Of a DNA stretch of 64,000 nt, positions 48,674 through 58,479 are shown one piece after another. The notes under the pieces are model-generated. The model saw only the letters and a program-made list of their open reading frames with translations, did no database searches and was not told the DNA's origin. Both the position numbers and the translations under genes were made by a program. Position 1 is the stretch's first letter; each line of letters opens with the position of its first letter. This stretch comes from an uncultured Chloroflexia bacterium. Lineage in GTDB: Bacteria; Chloroflexota; Limnocylindria; Limnocylindrales; CSP1-4. Location of the stretch: the NCBI GenBank assembly GCA_963713975.1, contig OY970218.1:3200001-3264000 (forward strand). The letters are read 5' to 3'.

Positions 48674-49941
48674 GCCCGCCAACCCTGGGCCATGATCTCG
48701 GTGCCCGTCGCACGCTTGGCCTTGATCCGGTAGATCTCTCGGATCAGCGCGGGCGCCGCGACGAACATGATCACGAGCGCCTGGATGACGACGACCAGGT
48801 CGATCGGAATGCCGGTCGAGGCCTGCATCGGCGTGGCCCCGGCGCGCAACCCGCCGAAGAGCAGGGCCGCCAGGACGACGCCCACGGGTGATGAGCCTCC
48901 CAGCAGCGCGATGGCGATCCCGTCAAAGCCGTAGCCGGGCGAGAAGCCCGGGGTCATGGCCTTGTTGACGCCGAGGATCTCCGTCGCGCCCGCGAGGCCC
49001 GCCAGTCCGCCGCAGATCGACATCGTGAGGATCAGCGTCCGTGAGATGTTCATGCCGGCGTACCGCGCGCCCGCCGGGTTGAGCCCGACGGCACGGAACT
49101 CGAAGCCCAAGGTGGAGCGGTAGAGGAGCCAGGAGACGAGCGCGGCCGCGACGAGGGCAAGGACGAACGCCCAATTCATGCGCAGGCCATCGACGAGCTG
49201 CGGGATCATCGCCGCCGGGTCCACGATCGGTGAGACCGGGTCGCTTCGTCCGGGTCGCTGGTAGAACGTCTGCCGGAGCACCCACGTCACCAGCAGGTAG
49301 GCGACGTAGTTGAGCATGATCGTGACGATCACCTCGTGGGCTCCCGTCTTCGCCTTGAGGATGCCGGGGATGAAGCCCCACATGGCGCCGCCGAGGAAGC
49401 CGACGGCGATCACCAGCGGCAGGTGCACGAACCACGGGAGTCCGTGGATCGAGAAGCCTACGAACGCCGCCGCGAGAGCGCCGAGGTACAGCTGGCCTTC
49501 GGCCCCGATGTTGAACAGGCCGCTGCGGAACCCGAGGGCAACGGCGAGCCCGGTGAAGATGAGCGGCGTCGCGGCGAGGATGGTCTCGCTGATCGGCCGG
49601 AACGCCAGCTTGATCTCGTTGATGTTGCCGGACGTGAACGCCTCAACGTAGGCGCGCGGGCTGCCGAGCGCGCCGGAGATCAGCGCCCCGTAGCCCTCGA
49701 GCACGGCGCGGACGGACTCCCCGGCGGCCTTGACCGGGTTGGTGGTCCAGAGCCGCAGGAGGACCGGGTCCGACAGCACGATGATCAGGGCGCCGATCAA
49801 CAGCGCCGTGAACACCGCGAGGAACGGCAGCAGGACCTTGCCAGGGAGGAGACGCATCCAGCTGGGTTCCTCGCGCTCGTCGCCCTCGACCGGAGGCTCG
49901 TCCGGGGCGGTACCCGTGGCGGGCACCTGCGCGTCGCTCAT
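48670..49941 (-). CDS. Nucleoside ABC transporter permease (NupB-like), second system
   Basis: FNIGAEGQ, HEVIVTIMLNY, GYGFDGIAIALL. Confidence 0.9.
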   Translation of the reverse strand: MSDAQVPATGTAPDEPPVEGDEREEPSWMRLLPGKVLLPFLAVFTALLIGALIIVLSDPVLLRLWTTNPVKAAGESVRAVLEGYGALISGALGSPRAYVEAFTSGNINEIKLAFRPISETILAATPLIFTGLAVALGFRSGLFNIGAEGQLYLGALAAAFVGFSIHGLPWFVHLPLVIAVGFLGGAMWGFIPGILKAKTGAHEVIVTIMLNYVAYLLVTWVLRQTFYQRPGRSDPVSPIVDPAAMIPQLVDGLRMNWAFVLALVAAALVSWLLYRSTLGFEFRAVGLNPAGARYAGMNISRTLILTMSICGGLAGLAGATEILGVNKAMTPGFSPGYGFDGIAIALLGGSSPVGVVLAALLFGGLRAGATPMQASTGIPIDLVVVIQALVIMFVAAPALIREIYRIKAKRATGTEIMAQGWRA

Positions 49942-51494
49942 GGTCGTGCCCCCTCCGTCGAGGTGCCCATCGCGGCGTGGTCCTCGGTCGGGACCGCAGC
50001 GCCGCCCATGTACATGCCAAGCCGCTCCGGCGTGGCCTCGGCGGGGTCGAGAATGGTCACGATCCGACCCTGGTACATCACGGCGATCCGATCGCCCAGC
50101 GCCAGGACCTCGTCCAGCTCCGTCGAGACGATCAGGACTGCGGTGCCCGCGTCACGCTTCTCGACCACCCGCTGGTGGATGTACTCGATGGACCCGACAT
50201 CGAGGCCGCGGGTCGGCTGCGCGGCGACGAGTAGCTTGATCGGTCGGGTGAACTCGCGCGCGACGATGACCTTCTGCTGGTTGCCACCCGACAGGTTGGC
50301 GACCTCGTTGAACACGCTGGGCGTGCGGACGTCGAACTGGGTGACGAGCTCGGTCGCCGTGGCCAGGATGGCATCGCGATGGAGCCGCAGGCCGTCTGCG
50401 AACGGCTTGAGGTAGTACGTGTTGAGGACCATGTTCTCGGCAATCGTGAACCCCGGGATCAGGCCCTCCTCGAGACGGTCCTCGGGGACGTGCGCCACAC
50501 CGGCCTCGAACACCCGCCGGGGATCCGGCTTCACGTCGTGGCCGGCGATCCGGATCGAGCCGCCCGTGACCCGACGGAGCCCGGTGATCGCCTCGACCAG
50601 CTCCGTCTGGCCATTACCCTGCACGCCGGCGATCGCGACGATCTCCCCTGCCCGCACGACGAGATCCAGGTCGCGGACCGCAGCGTGGCCACGATCATCG
50701 GAGATCGACAGGCCGGCGATCTCGAGCACGGGCTCCCCGGGCGTCGCCGGCGTCTTGTCCACCTCCAGGTCGACCGGGCGGCCGACCATCATCTGGGCCA
50801 GGGACTGCTGCGTGGCGTCGTCGGGCGTCGTCGATCCCACGACCTTGCCTCGGCGGAGGACCGTGATGCGGTCCGCGATCTCCAGCACCTCGTTGAGCTT
50901 GTGGGTGATGAAGATGATCGAGGTACCGGTCGCCTGGAGCGAGCGCATGATCTCGAATAGCTCGCCCGTCTCCTGCGGCGTCAGTACGGCCGAGGGCTCG
51001 TCCAGGATCAGCAGGTTCGACTGGCGGTAGAGCGTCTTGATGATCTCGACACGCTGGCGGACGCCGACCGGCAGGTCCTCGACGAGGGCATCCGGGTCAA
51101 CGTCCAGGTTATGGCGCGCGGAGATCTCGAGGATGCGGGCCTTCGCCGTCGCCTTGTCGATGATCCGCAGCGGGCCGCGCGTGGACTCCACCCCGAGCAT
51201 CACGTTCTCGGTCACGGTGAAGACGGGCACCAGCATGAAGTGCTGGTGGACCATGCCGATGCCGGCCCGGATCGCGTCGCCGGGGTCGTGGAACACGGCC
51301 GGCGTGCCGTCCATCAGGATCTCGCCCTCGTCCTGCTTGTACAGGCCGTACAGGACGTTCATCAGGGTGGTCTTGCCGGCGCCGTTCTCGCCCAGGAGCG
51401 CATGGATCTGGCCGGGCTCGACCGTGAGATCAACGCCCTCGTTGGCGATGACGCCGGGGAAGCGCTTCGTGATCCCGCGCAGCTCGAGCTTCAC
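49938..51494 (-). CDS. Nucleoside ABC transporter ATP-binding protein, second system
   Basis: GENGAGKTT, LSGGNQQK; clear paralog of 42185-43702. Confidence 0.93.
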   Translation of the reverse strand: MKLELRGITKRFPGVIANEGVDLTVEPGQIHALLGENGAGKTTLMNVLYGLYKQDEGEILMDGTPAVFHDPGDAIRAGIGMVHQHFMLVPVFTVTENVMLGVESTRGPLRIIDKATAKARILEISARHNLDVDPDALVEDLPVGVRQRVEIIKTLYRQSNLLILDEPSAVLTPQETGELFEIMRSLQATGTSIIFITHKLNEVLEIADRITVLRRGKVVGSTTPDDATQQSLAQMMVGRPVDLEVDKTPATPGEPVLEIAGLSISDDRGHAAVRDLDLVVRAGEIVAIAGVQGNGQTELVEAITGLRRVTGGSIRIAGHDVKPDPRRVFEAGVAHVPEDRLEEGLIPGFTIAENMVLNTYYLKPFADGLRLHRDAILATATELVTQFDVRTPSVFNEVANLSGGNQQKVIVAREFTRPIKLLVAAQPTRGLDVGSIEYIHQRVVEKRDAGTAVLIVSTELDEVLALGDRIAVMYQGRIVTILDPAEATPERLGMYMGGAAVPTEDHAAMGTSTEGARP

Positions 51495-51521
51495 GTCTGC
51501 CTCGCGTCGGGGCCGGTATGA

Positions 51522-51553
51522 ACGGGCGGCGCCTGCCGAAGGCGCCGCCCGTC
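51522..51553. terminator. Stem-loop between second BMP and ATPase genes
   Basis: acgggcggcgcct-gccga-aggcgccgcccgt inverted repeat. Confidence 0.6.
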
Positions 51554-51576
51554 CCGCTTGTTCGCGGGTTTGCGAG

Positions 51577-52713
51577 CTAGTTGCCGAAGTAGTCGGCCGG
51601 CTTCACCTCGCCGGAGATGATCTTCGCCTTCAGGGCGGCGGCGCCGTCCTTCAGCTCCTGGGGTACCTGGGAATCGAACTGGTTGAAGGGACCCATGTCC
51701 ACGCCGCCGTTGGCGAGCGTGCTGACGAACACCGGCTGGGCCGCCTCGCCGTTGACCCCGCGCCCGATGGCAGCCGTCACGGACACGTCGATCTTCTTGA
51801 GGATGCTGGTGAGCAGGATGCCGCAGTACTGCGGGGCCGAGATGCACCAGTCGACGTCCACGCCGATCCCGTAGTCCTGGGCCGCCGACTCCTGCAGCGC
51901 CGTATAGGCGCCACCGCCGATGGGACCACCAACCGGCAGGATGACGTCCGCACCCTCCTGGAGCATCGGGACTGTCAGGGCCTTGGCGTTGTCCAGGGAG
52001 TCGAAGTCACCGGTGAAGGAGCCTTCCTTCGTGACCGGGTTCCAGCCCAGCACGGAGACAGTCTTGCCCGCCTCCTGGTTGTAGTAGTTGGCGCCGGCCA
52101 CGAAACCGTCCATGAAATCGGTCACGCCGCCGCCGATGTTGATGCCGCCGAACGTGCCCATGATCCCGGACTGCGACATGCCGGCCGACACGTACCCGGC
52201 GAGCATCGCCGCCTCGTTGGTCGTGTAGACGAGGCCCTCGACATTCGGGAGTGCCGGATCGTAGGCGAAGTCCACGATCGCGAACCGGATGTTCGGGTTT
52301 GCCTCTGCCGCGGCCTTCGTCGCGTCGCCGAGCAGGAACCCGACGGTCACGATCATGTCGCAGCCTTCGCTGACGAACTGGTTGATGTTCTTCTCGTAGT
52401 CGCCCTGGGCCCGCGACTCGAGGAACTTGACCTCGACACCGAGGCTCGCCTGGGCGTCCTCCATGCCCTTCCAGGCATTCTCGTTGAAGCTGTTGTCGTC
52501 GATCCCGCCGAGGTCGCTGACCATGCACGCCTTGTAGTCGACGGCCGCGGCCGAGGGTGCCTCGGTCGGAGCCTCAGTCGCCGGTGCTTCGGTCGGCGCC
52601 GCGGTGGCGGGCGGGGCCTCGGTCGGAACGGGGGACGCAGCCGAGTCGCCGCACGCGGCGACGATGATCGACGCGGCACCCACCAGGGCGAGGAGCCGGA
52701 TGCTGGTCCGCAA
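51577..52713 (-). CDS. BMP-family nucleoside-binding lipoprotein, second system
   Basis: TTG 52713 after GAGGAGGA, lipobox IVAA|C, PTEAP repeats, GGIDDNSFN, GIGVDVD. Confidence 0.92.
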   Translation of the reverse strand: MRTSIRLLALVGAASIIVAACGDSAASPVPTEAPPATAAPTEAPATEAPTEAPSAAAVDYKACMVSDLGGIDDNSFNENAWKGMEDAQASLGVEVKFLESRAQGDYEKNINQFVSEGCDMIVTVGFLLGDATKAAAEANPNIRFAIVDFAYDPALPNVEGLVYTTNEAAMLAGYVSAGMSQSGIMGTFGGINIGGGVTDFMDGFVAGANYYNQEAGKTVSVLGWNPVTKEGSFTGDFDSLDNAKALTVPMLQEGADVILPVGGPIGGGAYTALQESAAQDYGIGVDVDWCISAPQYCGILLTSILKKIDVSVTAAIGRGVNGEAAQPVFVSTLANGGVDMGPFNQFDSQVPQELKDGAAALKAKIISGEVKPADYFGN

Positions 52714-52936
52714 GGTCTGATCCTCCTCGTTGTCTCGGCGGAGGAGTCCGATCGACTCAGCCATGCCGAGGCTGTCCGGGCGCAGGTGCGCCCATAGCCG
52801 CCGGTCCGGGCACGCATGCGGCCAGTGATGGCCGTGAGCCACGCGACTCACCGGAGGATGCGCCACCAAGGGCACCTCAGGATGGGTCCCCCTTCCTGTC
52901 TCGGAGGTCGACTCGGCCCGTTTCCTGCACCCGCCC

Positions 52937-54094
52937 TCAGGCGACGAACGACAGGCCGAGCGTGAAGTCCTCGACCAGGTCGTCGACGTCCTCGCAGCCG
53001 ACCGACACGCGGATCAGGCCGTCCCGCTTCGGCTGTGGGTAGACCAGCGTGAACACGTCGCCCAGGCTGACCCCGATGTCGCACAGGCCGAGGTGGTCCG
53101 TGAACGCGGCCATCCCCTCGACGCCGCCGCGCGGCTGGAACGTGAGCATCGCTCCGAACCTGTCACCCAGCATTCGGCCGGCGACGGCGTGGTCCGGGTG
53201 GGAGGGCAGGCCCGGATAGCGCACCCAGTCGACCTTCGGGTGGGCCTCCAGGAACGACGCCAGGGCCGCCGCGTTCGCGGATCCGGCCACGGAGCGGAGC
53301 GGCAGCGTCCGGACCCCGCGCAGGACCAGGAAGGAGGCGAAGGGGCTGGCCGCCTGGCCAAACGTGTCCACCTGCTTGCGGATCGGGTCCAGCAGCGCCT
53401 TGGGCCCGGAGACCACGCCGCTGACCGCGTCCCCGTGGCCCGACAGGTACTTCGTGGCCGCGTGGAGAACGAGGTCGGCGCCATGCTCCAGGGGCCGGAA
53501 CAGTGCCGGGCCAAGGAAGGTGTTATCGGCGACCACGAGGACGCCATGCCGGTGGGCGAGGGCCGCGACCGCGTCGAGGTCTGCCACCCGCAGGCGTGGG
53601 TTGGTGGATGTCTCCATCAGCAGCAGCCGGGTCTTCGGGGTGAGGGCCGCCTCGACGGACGCGAGGTCGGTCATGTCCGCGGTCGACACGGCGATGTGCC
53701 GGCGCGGCAGGTCCTCCTCCCACAGCACGCGCGTGATGGCGAACAGCTCGTCACCCACCACGATGTGGTCGCCGGCATCGAGGTGTGCGAACAGCGTGGA
53801 CGCCACTGCCGCCATCCCGGACGCGGACACGACGCAGTCCTCGGCGCCCTCGAGCGAGGCGACCTTCTCCTCGAGCGCCCGGTTCGTGGGGTTGCCGGTC
53901 CGCGAGTAGAAGTACGAGGTCGGGTCCCACTCGAGCGCCCGGTCGACCGCGTCCTCCTTTTCCGCTGCCGTATCGAAGGCAAAGGTGGCGGTGGCGTAGA
54001 TCGGCGTGTTGTGCGCGTGGGTGGTGGGATCCGGCCGCTCGCCCGCGTGGATCGCCCGCGTGGCGAAGCCCTTCCCATCGATCCGTTCGCGCAT
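52937..54094 (-). CDS. PLP-dependent trans-sulfuration family enzyme (Cys/Met metabolism)
   Basis: YSRTGNPT, SGMAA, DNTF, ATKYLSGHGD (PLP Lys), GVSLG, IRVSVGCED. Confidence 0.9.
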   Translation of the reverse strand: MRERIDGKGFATRAIHAGERPDPTTHAHNTPIYATATFAFDTAAEKEDAVDRALEWDPTSYFYSRTGNPTNRALEEKVASLEGAEDCVVSASGMAAVASTLFAHLDAGDHIVVGDELFAITRVLWEEDLPRRHIAVSTADMTDLASVEAALTPKTRLLLMETSTNPRLRVADLDAVAALAHRHGVLVVADNTFLGPALFRPLEHGADLVLHAATKYLSGHGDAVSGVVSGPKALLDPIRKQVDTFGQAASPFASFLVLRGVRTLPLRSVAGSANAAALASFLEAHPKVDWVRYPGLPSHPDHAVAGRMLGDRFGAMLTFQPRGGVEGMAAFTDHLGLCDIGVSLGDVFTLVYPQPKRDGLIRVSVGCEDVDDLVEDFTLGLSFVA

Positions 54095-54212
54095 CAGCTG
54101 CCCTCGTTGGTTGCGTGGTCTCGCCGGATGCGGGTGTACCGGCCCCGGTCAGGCCCAAGTCTAGGGCTGGCTGGGGCTCCACGACGGCGGCCGGGCAACG
54201 TAGGCTTGAGCG

Positions 54213-54962
54213 ATGGACCGATTCGACTGGTGGACCACCCTCGACCCCTCGTCCGCGGCCGCCCTCGCGGAGACCTGGATCCCGGCAGGAGTGCCGGGCT
54301 ACGCCGGCGAGGCGAAGCATCGCTGGCAGGCCGCCCTCGATGACCGGTTCGGCAGCGACGGCTGGCGGCTTGCCCACGTCGTCCGGGGCCGCGTCGTCTC
54401 CTTCGACGTGGCGATCCGGGAGTACGAGGAGGCCTACCGGCGTTTCCTGCGGGAACGGCCCGCCCTCGTGCGGTTCCTGGTCGAGACCTGCGGCAACGTC
54501 TACGACGACCGGGTCGAGAACGTCCTCGACATCGCCTATCACCAGCCGGACACGATCCAGAACCACTACCAGGACATCTCGGTCCGGCGCGTGATCTCGG
54601 AGCTGGTGGACGACCCGGCGTGGCCCGACGTGACCGATACGCCGGCCGGCGAGGCCGACCTGGCGGACCTGGGGACCGGTGTGACCCACCGGGTGCCACG
54701 GGCGCGCGGGTTCCGGGGCGCCGCCCTGCTCCAGATCCGGGAGCCCACCTCGCCGGGCTACGTGCTCAACCCCGCGGTCGTGCCCGTCCACGACCCGGAG
54801 CTCATCACGACCATCCCGGGACGAACCGAGTGGTACCACGCCGAGGGCTGCGGCCACCTGTCCGTGGAGGCCTTCTGGCAGACCAGCAAGGTGGTCGAGG
54901 TCCGCTACGACCGCTTCCTGGCAACGGGCGATGCGCGGTCTGATCCGCTCGCGGGACTGTGA
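54213..54962 (+). CDS. Hypothetical protein, enzyme-like
   Basis: Natural composition, -10 TAGGCT 6 nt before ATG, GTGA overlap with the PfkB gene; motifs YEEAY, NVYD, HYQDISVRR, QIRE, SVEAFWQ. Confidence 0.8.
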   Translation: MDRFDWWTTLDPSSAAALAETWIPAGVPGYAGEAKHRWQAALDDRFGSDGWRLAHVVRGRVVSFDVAIREYEEAYRRFLRERPALVRFLVETCGNVYDDRVENVLDIAYHQPDTIQNHYQDISVRRVISELVDDPAWPDVTDTPAGEADLADLGTGVTHRVPRARGFRGAALLQIREPTSPGYVLNPAVVPVHDPELITTIPGRTEWYHAEGCGHLSVEAFWQTSKVVEVRYDRFLATGDARSDPLAGL

Positions 54963-55918
54963 CGCCGGGCGTGTCGGGCGAGCCGGGCGAGCCGGCCGGG
55001 TCGGGAGCCTCGGACAGTCCGGGCGCCCGGCCCTTGTCGATCCTGCTCGGGGCGGCAAGCCTCGACATCTACCTCGGGAGGAACCTCGTGCTCCCCGGCG
55101 GTGGCGTGCTCAACATGGCCTGGCACCTGCGGGACGAGGCCGAGCCATGGCATCTGGTCACGCGCGTCGGGGATGACCACCCCGACGTCTTCCTCGACTT
55201 CCTGGGCGCCCACGGGATCCGGCACTCCCCCACGATCGTGGGGCGAGGGCCGTCGGCGTCGATCGACATCGTCATCCGGCCCGACCTCCAGCCACACATG
55301 GACAACTTCGTGGAGGGCGTGTGGGCCTCGTTCCGCTGCACTCCCGACGAGGGGGCCCTGCTCGCGCGGGCTCGACGCCTGCACGTGGTCCTGGTGGAGG
55401 GCGCGATCCGGGAACTCGACCGGCTCGCCACGTCCGGCCTGACGACCAACCTCGAGGTCAGTGCCGACTTCCTGGGGTTCCGGCACTACACGGTTGACCG
55501 CTTCGCGACCACGATGCGGGCCGTGGACCTGGGGTTCGTCGGCTGGCCGGGTGAGCTCGATGACCCGATTGTGGCCGGGCTCCGCGCCGTGGCCCACGAC
55601 CTCCGGCGGCTCGTCGTGGTCACGCTGGGCTCACGGGGCGTCCAGGTCTTCGACGGCCGAGCCGGTGGTGAGGACCGGTTCGTGCCGGTCGTGGCGGTTC
55701 CGGTCGCGGGCACGACCGTAGGCTGTGGTGACGCGTTCACCGCCCGGTTCCTGGCCGCATGGGCACTTACGGGCGACGTCCTGGCCGCGGTCGAGGCCGG
55801 CAAGGCGGCGGGTGCCGCCGCCACGACCTGGAGGCGGCCGCTCCCCGACGAGGCATACGGCCAGGATGCGTCCGATGCGCTCCGGGCGGCCGACGCGGCG
55901 GCCGGAAGCCACGCCTGA
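54959..55918 (+). CDS. PfkB-family kinase (FrlD/fructoselysine-kinase-like)
   Basis: PGGGVLNMA, TRVGDD, VVTLGSRG, TVGCGDAF. Confidence 0.8.
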   Translation: MTPGVSGEPGEPAGSGASDSPGARPLSILLGAASLDIYLGRNLVLPGGGVLNMAWHLRDEAEPWHLVTRVGDDHPDVFLDFLGAHGIRHSPTIVGRGPSASIDIVIRPDLQPHMDNFVEGVWASFRCTPDEGALLARARRLHVVLVEGAIRELDRLATSGLTTNLEVSADFLGFRHYTVDRFATTMRAVDLGFVGWPGELDDPIVAGLRAVAHDLRRLVVVTLGSRGVQVFDGRAGGEDRFVPVVAVPVAGTTVGCGDAFTARFLAAWALTGDVLAAVEAGKAAGAAATTWRRPLPDEAYGQDASDALRAADAAAGSHA

Positions 55919-55954
55919 CGTGACGGCCCACGAGGCAGGCGGCCTCGCTGCTCC

Positions 55955-56227
55955 CTAGCGGACGAGGAACCCCGCGATCACGCAGACAAACCCGGCGGCG
56001 ATGATGAGCCCGCCGATCTGCGCACGGCGCTTGAGCATCTCCATGGCCACCGACGCCCCGGTCTTCGCATCGGATCTCGGTCCGCCGCGCCACGCCTCAT
56101 AGCGGGCGACGTTCGCGTCCTGTTCCCGGAGCGCCATGTAGCGGCGGTACGGCTCCCGGGCCCGCACGACACCGATGACGATCAGCGCCACACCGGCCGC
56201 CAGCAGCACGAGATTCAGCATCCCCAC
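55955..56227 (-). CDS. Small two-TM hypothetical protein
   Basis: GTG 56227 after GGAGG; two hydrophobic helices flank a charged loop. Confidence 0.7.
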   Translation of the reverse strand: MGMLNLVLLAAGVALIVIGVVRAREPYRRYMALREQDANVARYEAWRGGPRSDAKTGASVAMEMLKRRAQIGGLIIAAGFVCVIAGFLVR

Positions 56228-56231
56228 GGCG

Positions 56232-57731
56232 TCAGCTCCCTCCGTCGAGGCGTTCACGGACGAGGGTGGTGACCCTGGCGGCGTCGGCGGCGCCGCCGGT
56301 CGCCTTCATCACCCGGCCCACGAAGAAGCCGGTGACGGGCTTGCCGGCCCGATAGTCCGCGATCGCTCCGGGGTTCGCGGCGATGACGGCGTCGATGTGG
56401 CCCAGCAGCGCGTCGTCATCCGAGATTGGGCCCGGCCCGGCGGCCGCGAGCAGCTCATCGGCCGACGTCCCATCCGCGAGGTGGCGGTCCAGCAGCTCCC
56501 GGCCCACGGCTCGCGAGACCTGCCCGGCCGCGATGGCCCGCAGGAGCGCGGCGATGCCGGCCGGCGAGGACGCCCCGGCGGTCCCGTCCGCGTTGAGGCC
56601 GCCGGCCTTGGCCACGCGTGCATGGGTCCCGGTGACGAAGTTCGAGACCTCCTTGGCCGGAACGCCCTTGCCGGCCGCCGTCGAAAGCGCCTCGAACGCC
56701 GTCGTCATCGCCGGGTCGGCGACGATCACCGCGGCGTCGTAGGCAGTGATCCCCATCGCCTCGTAGCGGATCCGGCGCGCCGCCGGCAGCTCCGGCAGCA
56801 CGGCCCGCATCCGGTCGATCCACGCGGGTGCGACGTGGAGCGGCGGCAGGTCTGGCTCCGGGAAGTAGCGGTAGTCCTCCGACGTCTCCTTGGCCCGCAT
56901 CCGGTAGGTCGCCTGGCGGCCGTCGTCCCAGCCGCGGGTCTCCATGACGAGTGGCTCACCGGCATCCAGCGCCCGCGCCTGGCGGTCGATCTCGAACGCG
57001 ATCGCCCGCTCCACGGCGCGGAACGAGTTCATGTTCTTGACCTCGACCCGCGTGCCGAAGGCCTCGGCGCCGCGTGGCCGGAGCGACACGTTCGCCTCGA
57101 CGCGCATCTGGCCGCGCTCCATGTCCGCGTCACTGACCCCGATGGCGCGCAGCAGCTGCTGGAGCTCCTCCGCGTACCGGCGCGCCTGCTCCGCGGTCCG
57201 GATCTCGGGATCGGTCACGATCTCCATCAGCGGCGCGCCGGAGCGGTTGAAGTCGATGAGCGACGCACGCCCTGCGACCGCACCCACTGCATCCGCATGC
57301 ACCAGCTTCGCCGTGTCCTCCTCGAGGTGGGCGCGGGTAATCGGCACGGTGAACGGGCCGTCCGACGTCTCGATCGCGAGGCGCCCGTGGGCGGCGAGCG
57401 GGATGGCGTACTGGCTGATCTGGTAGCCCTTGGGGAGGTCTGGGTAGAAGTAGTTCTTGCGCTCCCACTGGGTCCGCTCGGGGATCGCCGCCTCGATCGC
57501 CAGCCCCGCCTGGATCACGAGCTCCACCGCCCGTCGGTTGATCACCGGGAGCGTCCCGGGCAGCGCGAGGCACACCGGGCAGACCACGCTGTTCGGCGGT
57601 GCATCCGCATACGCGTTCGAACAGCCACAGAACATCTTCGAGGACGTCCGCAGCTGGCAGTGAACCTCGATGCCGATGACGGCCTCGTAGCGCTCCATGA
57701 CCTCGGCCGTGCGATCGGCGGCCGCGGTCAC
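56232..57731 (-). CDS. gatB: Asp-tRNA(Asn)/Glu-tRNA(Gln) amidotransferase subunit B
   Basis: VIGIEVHCQL, KNYFYPDLPKGYQISQ, EVKNMNS, DYRYFPEPDL. Confidence 0.97.
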   Translation of the reverse strand: MTAAADRTAEVMERYEAVIGIEVHCQLRTSSKMFCGCSNAYADAPPNSVVCPVCLALPGTLPVINRRAVELVIQAGLAIEAAIPERTQWERKNYFYPDLPKGYQISQYAIPLAAHGRLAIETSDGPFTVPITRAHLEEDTAKLVHADAVGAVAGRASLIDFNRSGAPLMEIVTDPEIRTAEQARRYAEELQQLLRAIGVSDADMERGQMRVEANVSLRPRGAEAFGTRVEVKNMNSFRAVERAIAFEIDRQARALDAGEPLVMETRGWDDGRQATYRMRAKETSEDYRYFPEPDLPPLHVAPAWIDRMRAVLPELPAARRIRYEAMGITAYDAAVIVADPAMTTAFEALSTAAGKGVPAKEVSNFVTGTHARVAKAGGLNADGTAGASSPAGIAALLRAIAAGQVSRAVGRELLDRHLADGTSADELLAAAGPGPISDDDALLGHIDAVIAANPGAIADYRAGKPVTGFFVGRVMKATGGAADAARVTTLVRERLDGGS

Positions 57732-57991
57732 GACAGGACCTCGACACCCACGGCCGCGAGGTACATGCCGTACATCGCGACCCCGAGCCAGATCAGCGCC
57801 AGCCCAACGTGGCGGACCGCCAGGCGCACCCGGGCCCGGGCATGGATGGGACGGGTCGAGTCGACCAGCGAGCGCGTCGGATCACCCTCGCGCACCAGGG
57901 GCACCAGCGCGGACCGGGCGGCGGCGTAGCCACGCCAGGAGCCCCAGGCGACGAGGAACAGGCCCGAACAGAGGAGCACGACACCCGTCAT
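57728..57991 (-). CDS. Small two-TM hypothetical protein
   Basis: Stop overlaps the gatB start (GTGA); two hydrophobic helices. Confidence 0.65.
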   Translation of the reverse strand: MTGVVLLCSGLFLVAWGSWRGYAAARSALVPLVREGDPTRSLVDSTRPIHARARVRLAVRHVGLALIWLGVAMYGMYLAAVGVEVLS

Positions 57992-58077
57992 CGCCGGAGA
58001 GTTTCGCACAGGCTGGCCGCCGGATGACCGGGGCTCCGGCGCGGCGCGGGCCGTCCGTCGGCGGCGGCCCCGCGAGC

Positions 58078-58479
58078 CTATGCGTCCGGGTGCTTGAGCG
58101 CCGCGATCGCCCGCTGGATCGCCTCGTGCAGGCGGGCGCCCGTGGGCTGCCCCTCGAGCGGAACGACGCCATGCGCAGGCTCGTCATCGAAGCCCGCGAT
58201 CCCGACTCCCGGGAACGTGAGCACGATCGGCACGTTGGGATGGACCGCGCGCAGGCCGGCGATGAGCTCTGTCGAGCCGTCCGAGTCGCCACTCGCCCAC
58301 GCGTCGTAGATCAGGACATCCGACTCTGCCGCGAGCGCGCACTCGCCGCCGTTGAGGACCGGGCACGTGTTGGCGGTCGGACCGCTGCACTGCTCCACCT
58401 CGTAGCCATACCGGCGCAGCGACTCGACCTCCTGGTCCGCGAGGTCGATGTCGTGGTGGACGACGAGGGCTTTGGTCAT
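58078..58479 (-). CDS. Atypical stand-alone receiver-like protein with a three-Cys insertion
   Basis: ALVVHHD...LRRYGYEV...DVLIYD...LRAVHPNVPIVLT receiver pattern, with CSGPTANTCPVLNGGEC insert; SD GGAGGTG. Confidence 0.7.
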   Translation of the reverse strand: MTKALVVHHDIDLADQEVESLRRYGYEVEQCSGPTANTCPVLNGGECALAAESDVLIYDAWASGDSDGSTELIAGLRAVHPNVPIVLTFPGVGIAGFDDEPAHGVVPLEGQPTGARLHEAIQRAIAALKHPDA

